IMG/VR virus record: IMGVR_UViG_3300008110_000249
DNA from: an uncultured virus (IMG/VR IMGVR_UViG_3300008110_000249)
Lineage: Duplodnaviria; Heunggongvirae; Uroviricota; Caudoviricetes
Strand: one strand, 5' to 3'
Length of the DNA: 20,000 nucleotides
Position numbers and translations under genes: made by a program
The notes under the pieces: model-generated
What the model saw: the letters and a program-made list of their open reading frames with translations, nothing else
What the model was told of the DNA's origin: nothing
Database searches by the model: none
Part shown: one piece after another, positions 15,115-20,000 of the stretch
Position numbering within the stretch: the stretch's first letter is position 1
How the letters are laid out: the number at the start of each line of letters is the position of its first letter

Positions 15115-15894
15115 GTGTATTCAACACCTGTCTTTATTTACACACAACGACAAATAGTTGTATTGATATTCGGAAACTCAGCGAGGAGATATATGCCCGT
15201 ATACGCTAAGCCATTGACTCTGCACAAAGGTGTAGATAATCAAATTCAATTTCAATTTTTAAACCAAGAACAAAAACCGGTTGACATTACAGGAAAAGAA
15301 ATAACCTTAAGAATTATTAGTTATGATGGTACAGAAGTTTTATTGCAAAAAGGACTTGATTTAACTTACGCTCTTAATGGATTGGCGGTACTAACATTGA
15401 ACGCGGCAGATATAGAAGATATTGATGCACAAAAAGCACATTATTCTTTAGAAATTCCAGTAGGAGCATTTGATTTTCCAGTATTTGTAGATCAAAATGC
15501 AGGGGCCCGTGGTGATATGAACATAGTAAATTCTGTTCTTCCTGCATTTGTGCCATCGGCCAATATATCTATTCCCACTGGTCAACCATTTCCAAACTTA
15601 GATCCCAATAATAGTCCGGGAAATGCACTACCCAATGCAAACACATATTATAGTAGTGTAATGAGCACTGAAGATAACTCAATCTTAACACTTCAAGTTG
15701 GATTAGATCAATATAATGGGGATATTTTAGTAGAAGGATCTAGTATTGTTGATGGTGATTGGTATCCTATAACCACTTCTGCTTATTCTAATAACAGTAA
15801 TACGCAAGGATATACAGTAACAGGTTACCATCCCTATGTAAGAATGGCATTTACTAGTAATGCCGGCGCAGTAACCAATATATTGGCTAGATAA
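15115..15894 (+). CDS. Probable virion structural protein (beta-rich, baseplate/tail-associated type)
   Basis: GTG start with SD; KGVDNQIQFQFLNQEQKPVDITG is reminiscent of BppU-N-like Ig folds; late-like box upstream. Confidence 0.55.
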   Translation: MYSTPVFIYTQRQIVVLIFGNSARRYMPVYAKPLTLHKGVDNQIQFQFLNQEQKPVDITGKEITLRIISYDGTEVLLQKGLDLTYALNGLAVLTLNAADIEDIDAQKAHYSLEIPVGAFDFPVFVDQNAGARGDMNIVNSVLPAFVPSANISIPTGQPFPNLDPNNSPGNALPNANTYYSSVMSTEDNSILTLQVGLDQYNGDILVEGSSIVDGDWYPITTSAYSNNSNTQGYTVTGYHPYVRMAFTSNAGAVTNILAR

Positions 15895-15907
15895 AAATTT
15901 CATTTGC

Positions 15908-15936
15908 TTGAATAAAACTACATACTATGATAAAAT
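15908..15936 (+). promoter_or_regulatory. Sigma70-like promoter with extended -10, predicted leaderless transcript
   Basis: TTGAAT 15908-15913, 17 nt, TG-a-TAAAAT 15928-15936; ATG at 15943 with no SD. Confidence 0.6.
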
Positions 15937-15942
15937 AGTAGT

Positions 15943-16920
15943 ATGATATTTGATATCTTAACCATTGTTCCGGGTAGAAAAAAACTTACTCAAAGTGGCT
16001 GGCATAGTTTTAATGCTATCTGCTGTCATAATCGAGGTCATAAGGTTGATCGTCGTAGTCGCGGCGGAATAAAATTTGATGGAGACAATTGGAGTATGCA
16101 CTGCTTCAATTGTGGATTCAAGTGTGGTTTTACATTAGGAAAAAGTTTTACAAAAAATACAAAAACCTTTTTAACTTGGTGCGGAATAGATGAGAATGAA
16201 ATTCAAAAATGGAGTTTAGCAAGTTTACAGCATAAAGATTTACTCTCATATATACAAGTAAAAAAACAAAAACTAAAAGTAAAATTTAAGGAACGTGAAT
16301 TACCTGAAGGTGAACTATTAGATATTGAAAATGATAAACATAAAGTGTACATAGATTATCTATCTAAGAGAGGAATAGATTTCAAGTCTTATCCTTATCT
16401 AGTTACTCCTAATGAATCAGGACGAATGTCAAATAGAATTATTATTCCTTATACTTACCAAAATAAAATTGTTGGTCACACTAGTAGATTCTTAGATAAT
16501 AAGATACCTAAATACATAAACGAACAACAGTCGGGGTATGTGTTTGGATTAGACTTTCAAAAATCAAATTGGCAAGTATGTATTTTGGTAGAAGGAATAT
16601 TTGATGCATTAAGTATTAATGCATGTGCATTAACACACAATACAATAAATGATGATCAAGTTTATCTGTTGGCTACGCTGAATAAAAGAATAATTTTTGT
16701 TCCGGATCGTGATAAAACGGGCTTAGAAACATGTGATAGGGCATTAGAGTTAGGATATAGCGTTAGCATTCCTAATTGGGACATTGATGTAAAAGATGTT
16801 AATGATGCGGTGGTAAAATATGGTAAATTTTGTACATTATTAAGTATATTACAGAACGCCACAACAAACAAAGTAAAAATAGAAATGCAGAGGAAAAAGA
16901 TTGGCAAGCAAAGAATATAA
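15943..16920 (+). CDS. DNA primase (DnaG/T4 gp61-like: Zn ribbon + TOPRIM)
   Basis: N-terminal ICCH...HCFNCG, RIIIP, KYIN, TOPRIM VEGIFDA and VPDRD, KDVNDA. Confidence 0.9.
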   Translation: MIFDILTIVPGRKKLTQSGWHSFNAICCHNRGHKVDRRSRGGIKFDGDNWSMHCFNCGFKCGFTLGKSFTKNTKTFLTWCGIDENEIQKWSLASLQHKDLLSYIQVKKQKLKVKFKERELPEGELLDIENDKHKVYIDYLSKRGIDFKSYPYLVTPNESGRMSNRIIIPYTYQNKIVGHTSRFLDNKIPKYINEQQSGYVFGLDFQKSNWQVCILVEGIFDALSINACALTHNTINDDQVYLLATLNKRIIFVPDRDKTGLETCDRALELGYSVSIPNWDIDVKDVNDAVVKYGKFCTLLSILQNATTNKVKIEMQRKKIGKQRI

Positions 16921-18340
16921 TACTGATATGCAGGTTTTGTTCCTTCGTATGATGGTTACAAACGCAGAACTTTATACTAGAATAACAAACATCATGAATC
17001 CTGCTAATTTCGAAAAGAAATTGAAATCAGTGGCTGAATTCATAGTAGAGCATAGTAAAAAATATAATATTATGCCTGAACCTACACAAATTAAAGCAGT
17101 GACCGGTGTAGATATCGACTTAATTCCTGAAATCAATGATGGACATACTGATTGGTTTTTAGAAGAGTTTGAAAGTTTTACAAAAAGACAAGAATTAGAA
17201 CGTGCGATTCTTAAATCGGCTGACCTATTAGAAAAGGGTGATTTTGATCCGGTAGAAAAATTAATCAAAGATGCAGTTCAAATTAGTTTACAGAAAGATA
17301 TGGGCACTGATTACTTTGCTGATCCTAAAGGTAGGCTAATGGCATTGAAATCCAATAATGGACAAAATAGTACAGGTTGGCCTAGTATGGATCAGAAATT
17401 ATATGGAGGATTTAATAGAGGAGAATTACAAATTTTTGCAGGAGGATCAGGATCGGGAAAAAGTCTATTCATGCAAAATTTGGCTGTTAACTGGGCACAA
17501 GCAGGGTTGAATGGGGTATATGTTACATTAGAACTTAGCGAAGGTCTATGTAGTATGCGTATTGACAGCATGATGACCGATACCAGTAGTCGAGAAATTT
17601 TCAAAGACATTGATAATGTTGAGATGAAGGTCAAGATGTTGTCTAAGAAAGCAGGAAAATTGCGTATAAAATATATGCCAGCACAAAGTACGGTTAATGA
17701 TTTACGTGCATATTGTAAAGAATTACAGATCCAAACAGGAGTAAAACTAGATTTTTTATGTGTAGATTATCTAGACTTGTTAATGCCCGTAAGTGCTAAA
17801 GTTAGCCCTAGTGATCTATTTGTCAAGGACAAGTATGTTAGTGAAGAACTACGTAATCTAGCAAAAGAGATGAATATATTATTTGTGACTGCCAGTCAAT
17901 TGAATAGATCAGCGGTTGAAGAAATTGAATTTGATCATAGTCATATTTCAGGTGGCATATCTAAGATCAATACCGCAGACAATGTATTTGGTATTTTTAC
18001 TTCCAGATCAATGCGTGAGCGCGGCCAATATCAACTTCAATTAATGAAAACTCGCAGTAGTTCAGGAGTGGGTCAAAAAATAGAATTAGAATTTAATGTA
18101 GAAACACTTAGAATTACTGACCCTAACCCAGAGGGAAACTCTACATATAAATCAGGAAATCCTCAGCCTAGTCCCAATGAAATCATGAATAAATTGAAAC
18201 CTCAATCTACGTTACAATCTTCTACACCTATTATTGATCAAGAAACTGGTGAAATATTAGAATCTAGTAATAAACATATTGTAGCAGATGTACAAAGTAC
18301 AAAATTAAAAGCATTACTGAATTCTTTAAAAAAGCAATAA
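16901..18340 (+). CDS. Replicative SF4 helicase (DnaB/T4 gp41-like)
   Basis: Walker A GGSGSGKS, VTLELSE, VDYLDLL, TASQLNR, K-x-R finger (MKTR); TTG start with GAGG upstream, overlapping the primase. Confidence 0.92.
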   Translation: MASKEYNTDMQVLFLRMMVTNAELYTRITNIMNPANFEKKLKSVAEFIVEHSKKYNIMPEPTQIKAVTGVDIDLIPEINDGHTDWFLEEFESFTKRQELERAILKSADLLEKGDFDPVEKLIKDAVQISLQKDMGTDYFADPKGRLMALKSNNGQNSTGWPSMDQKLYGGFNRGELQIFAGGSGSGKSLFMQNLAVNWAQAGLNGVYVTLELSEGLCSMRIDSMMTDTSSREIFKDIDNVEMKVKMLSKKAGKLRIKYMPAQSTVNDLRAYCKELQIQTGVKLDFLCVDYLDLLMPVSAKVSPSDLFVKDKYVSEELRNLAKEMNILFVTASQLNRSAVEEIEFDHSHISGGISKINTADNVFGIFTSRSMRERGQYQLQLMKTRSSSGVGQKIELEFNVETLRITDPNPEGNSTYKSGNPQPSPNEIMNKLKPQSTLQSSTPIIDQETGEILESSNKHIVADVQSTKLKALLNSLKKQ

Positions 18341-18341
18341 G

Positions 18342-18349
18342 CATAAATA
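18342..18349 (+). promoter_or_regulatory. T4-late-like promoter box CATAAATA
   Basis: 1 mismatch to TATAAATA, directly after the helicase stop, followed by AGGA and ATG 18366. Confidence 0.55.
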
Positions 18350-18365
18350 CTTATAGGACAAATTT

Positions 18366-18614
18366 ATGCAAAAGAAAACTCGTTCCTTGCTAGAAGAATT
18401 AGAGGTTATAGGAAATAACCGAGATATCACTCATATTATCGAAAACAGAGCGCATAATATCATCACTAGTGCCATTAATCTAATAGAACTTATTAACAAG
18501 CATTATGATAAAGATACTTCGGAAATTTTAGAGAAAAAATTAATCAGTGCGATTCGTGGCAAAGATCAAGGAAGATTTGCTAAAAGTATAAGGAAAAGTA
18601 ATGAAAGCGACTGA
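18366..18614 (+). CDS. Small helical hypothetical protein (probably late)
   Basis: 82-aa ORF with SD and late-like box. Confidence 0.75.
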   Translation: MQKKTRSLLEELEVIGNNRDITHIIENRAHNIITSAINLIELINKHYDKDTSEILEKKLISAIRGKDQGRFAKSIRKSNESD

Positions 18615-19818
18615 GATTCAATTGAAAAAAGTAGTTAGTGAAGCAGAAAGTGACGGCGTGGTAACCGGCTATGGTGGCGCATTACTTCAAAAATTTAAAA
18701 ATGCATTTAGTAAAAGTGGTGAATCTAACATGAGCACCGTCGATATTATGGCTAAAAAATCTTTTACTAAAGATTTTATGAGCCAAGCATATTCTGCATT
18801 AACTAGTGCAATACAAGGTGGAATAGTAGATCCTAATTTGAGAGGAGACACTGAACAAGATGTAGACGACGCAGAACCTGATAAAGAGACTCCTCCCGAA
18901 AATAAACCTGCAACGGCTAAGAAGATAGTAGGAGATCCTAAAGCAGTTGCTGCTGCTCAGGCACAAAAACAAACGTCACAAAATATTAATAATTATGTAA
19001 GAAGTTTATCAAAAACGTTAAACTCTGAGCCTGACAGAAATAAAAAAATGGCTTTGGCCAAAGAATTAGTTAATTTTATGGCAGATCGAAAAGATTATCC
19101 TGAATGGGGGAATGCCTTAAAAACAGCAGAATATGTTATAAAACAAGGAATTCAAGATCCTAATTTTTCTAATGCAGCGATTAATCGTTTGCGAGCAGGA
19201 AAAGTAATGGAAGCATGGCAAGTATATTGGATTAATAGATTATTGGAATCTATTGGATTTAGTTTTGGTGATTTAGGATTGAGTATTCTCAAAGAGAATA
19301 AACTTGAAGGAAAGTATATAATTGCTGAAACACAATATTATAAATTAAACACACTATTCGAATCTATATTAAATGAAAATGAAGCGATATCTATAAGTCA
19401 ATTTTTAAATAGATGGTTGCCTAAATATATGCAAGGAGTAGATGTTAATGTACCTAAAATACGCACTTTAATAAATCAAATTGAAGATACTTATTCGTCA
19501 GACAAAGGCAAAAAAGCAATGGAAGAATTAGCCGCTGCTGCATATTCAATAGACTTAGCCGGAAATTTAGGTATTGATAATGCTCCCTCCAATAGTGCCG
19601 CTCCTGTTCGCAGTGGTACTACTTCATCGAGTACCAACACAAGACCTACATCTATCCGTAATCAAGCTGCCAATGCTAATATTCCTGATAATCCTGGCGA
19701 TATAACAAATCTTGTTAAAAATGCCCTGATAAAATTACAAAAAGTAAACGATTCTGAGTATAAAAAATTAATAAAAGATATAGATACTGCTGCAAAAACA
19801 CCTAGTACTCCTGCATAA
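18601..19818 (+). CDS. Hypothetical protein, possible head-internal/ejection protein
   Basis: 405 aa with low-complexity linkers; MK-x-x-EI N-terminus and clustered hydrophobic-x-E motifs. Confidence 0.7.
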   Translation: MKATEIQLKKVVSEAESDGVVTGYGGALLQKFKNAFSKSGESNMSTVDIMAKKSFTKDFMSQAYSALTSAIQGGIVDPNLRGDTEQDVDDAEPDKETPPENKPATAKKIVGDPKAVAAAQAQKQTSQNINNYVRSLSKTLNSEPDRNKKMALAKELVNFMADRKDYPEWGNALKTAEYVIKQGIQDPNFSNAAINRLRAGKVMEAWQVYWINRLLESIGFSFGDLGLSILKENKLEGKYIIAETQYYKLNTLFESILNENEAISISQFLNRWLPKYMQGVDVNVPKIRTLINQIEDTYSSDKGKKAMEELAAAAYSIDLAGNLGIDNAPSNSAAPVRSGTTSSSTNTRPTSIRNQAANANIPDNPGDITNLVKNALIKLQKVNDSEYKKLIKDIDTAAKTPSTPA

Positions 19819-19830
19819 AAGAGAATCGAC

Positions 19831-20000
19831 ATGAATTTATCTGAAACGTTAGCCTCATTGAGGAATAAATTACTCAATATCAACGATAATTTATTAGAAG
19901 ATAAAGGACATTTGGATCACCCAGAAGATTTAATATTTTTGGGGGGAAGCCAAGGTGCTACTAGAGCCGTTCAGTCTATAATTGATACTGTAAATAATCC
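19831..20000 (+). CDS. 3'-truncated conserved myovirus protein with H-x-x-HPED motif (DUF6267-like, tentative)
   Basis: Hand translation from ATG 19831: MNLSETLASLRNKLLNINDNLLEDKGHLDHPEDLIFLGGSQGATRAVQSIIDTVNN, open to the window end; absent from the ORF track. Confidence 0.7.
   Translation, partial: MNLSETLASLRNKLLNINDNLLEDKGHLDHPEDLIFLGGSQGATRAVQSIIDTVNN

Noticed and set aside
11567..19883. Minus-strand ORFs 11567..11986, 15374..15556, 16662..16907, 16972..17268, 17392..17634, 19662..19883
   Set aside because: They are antisense to better-supported genes and have no independent coding signals.

Overview
Gene-dense, almost entirely plus-strand segment of a large dsDNA tailed phage, most likely a jumbo or distantly T4-related myovirus; standard genetic code; no tRNA, rRNA, CRISPR array or IS seen. 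Left to right: (1) 3' part of a Calx-beta/Ig-like virion protein and a signal-peptide-bearing papain-like protease; (2) an early/accessory island (about 2.26-6.55 kb, GC-richer from about 3.16 kb) with four near-consensus sigma70 promoters sharing TTGACAATAA, encoding a paralog pair, a Zn deaminase, an AAA+ ATPase and an Rnl5/DRB0094-type RNA ligase, closed by an intrinsic terminator; (3) an AT-rich replication block: UvsW-like helicase (apparently missing its Q-motif segment), gp62-like clamp-loader subunit, Zn-finger protein, five small proteins sharing an F-x-L-[RK]-W C-terminus around a PhyH-type 2OG-Fe(II) oxygenase, a DEDDh exonuclease coupled to a 192-aa thumb-less mini-DnaE, and peptide deformylase; (4) a divergent gene pair with TAAATA late-like boxes, primase, gp41/DnaB-like helicase and probable head-internal proteins. 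Best leads: the exonuclease + mini C-family polymerase module, three predicted leaderless replication transcripts, the promoter-bounded early cassettes and the secreted protease. All family calls come from motif recognition by eye; no searches were run.
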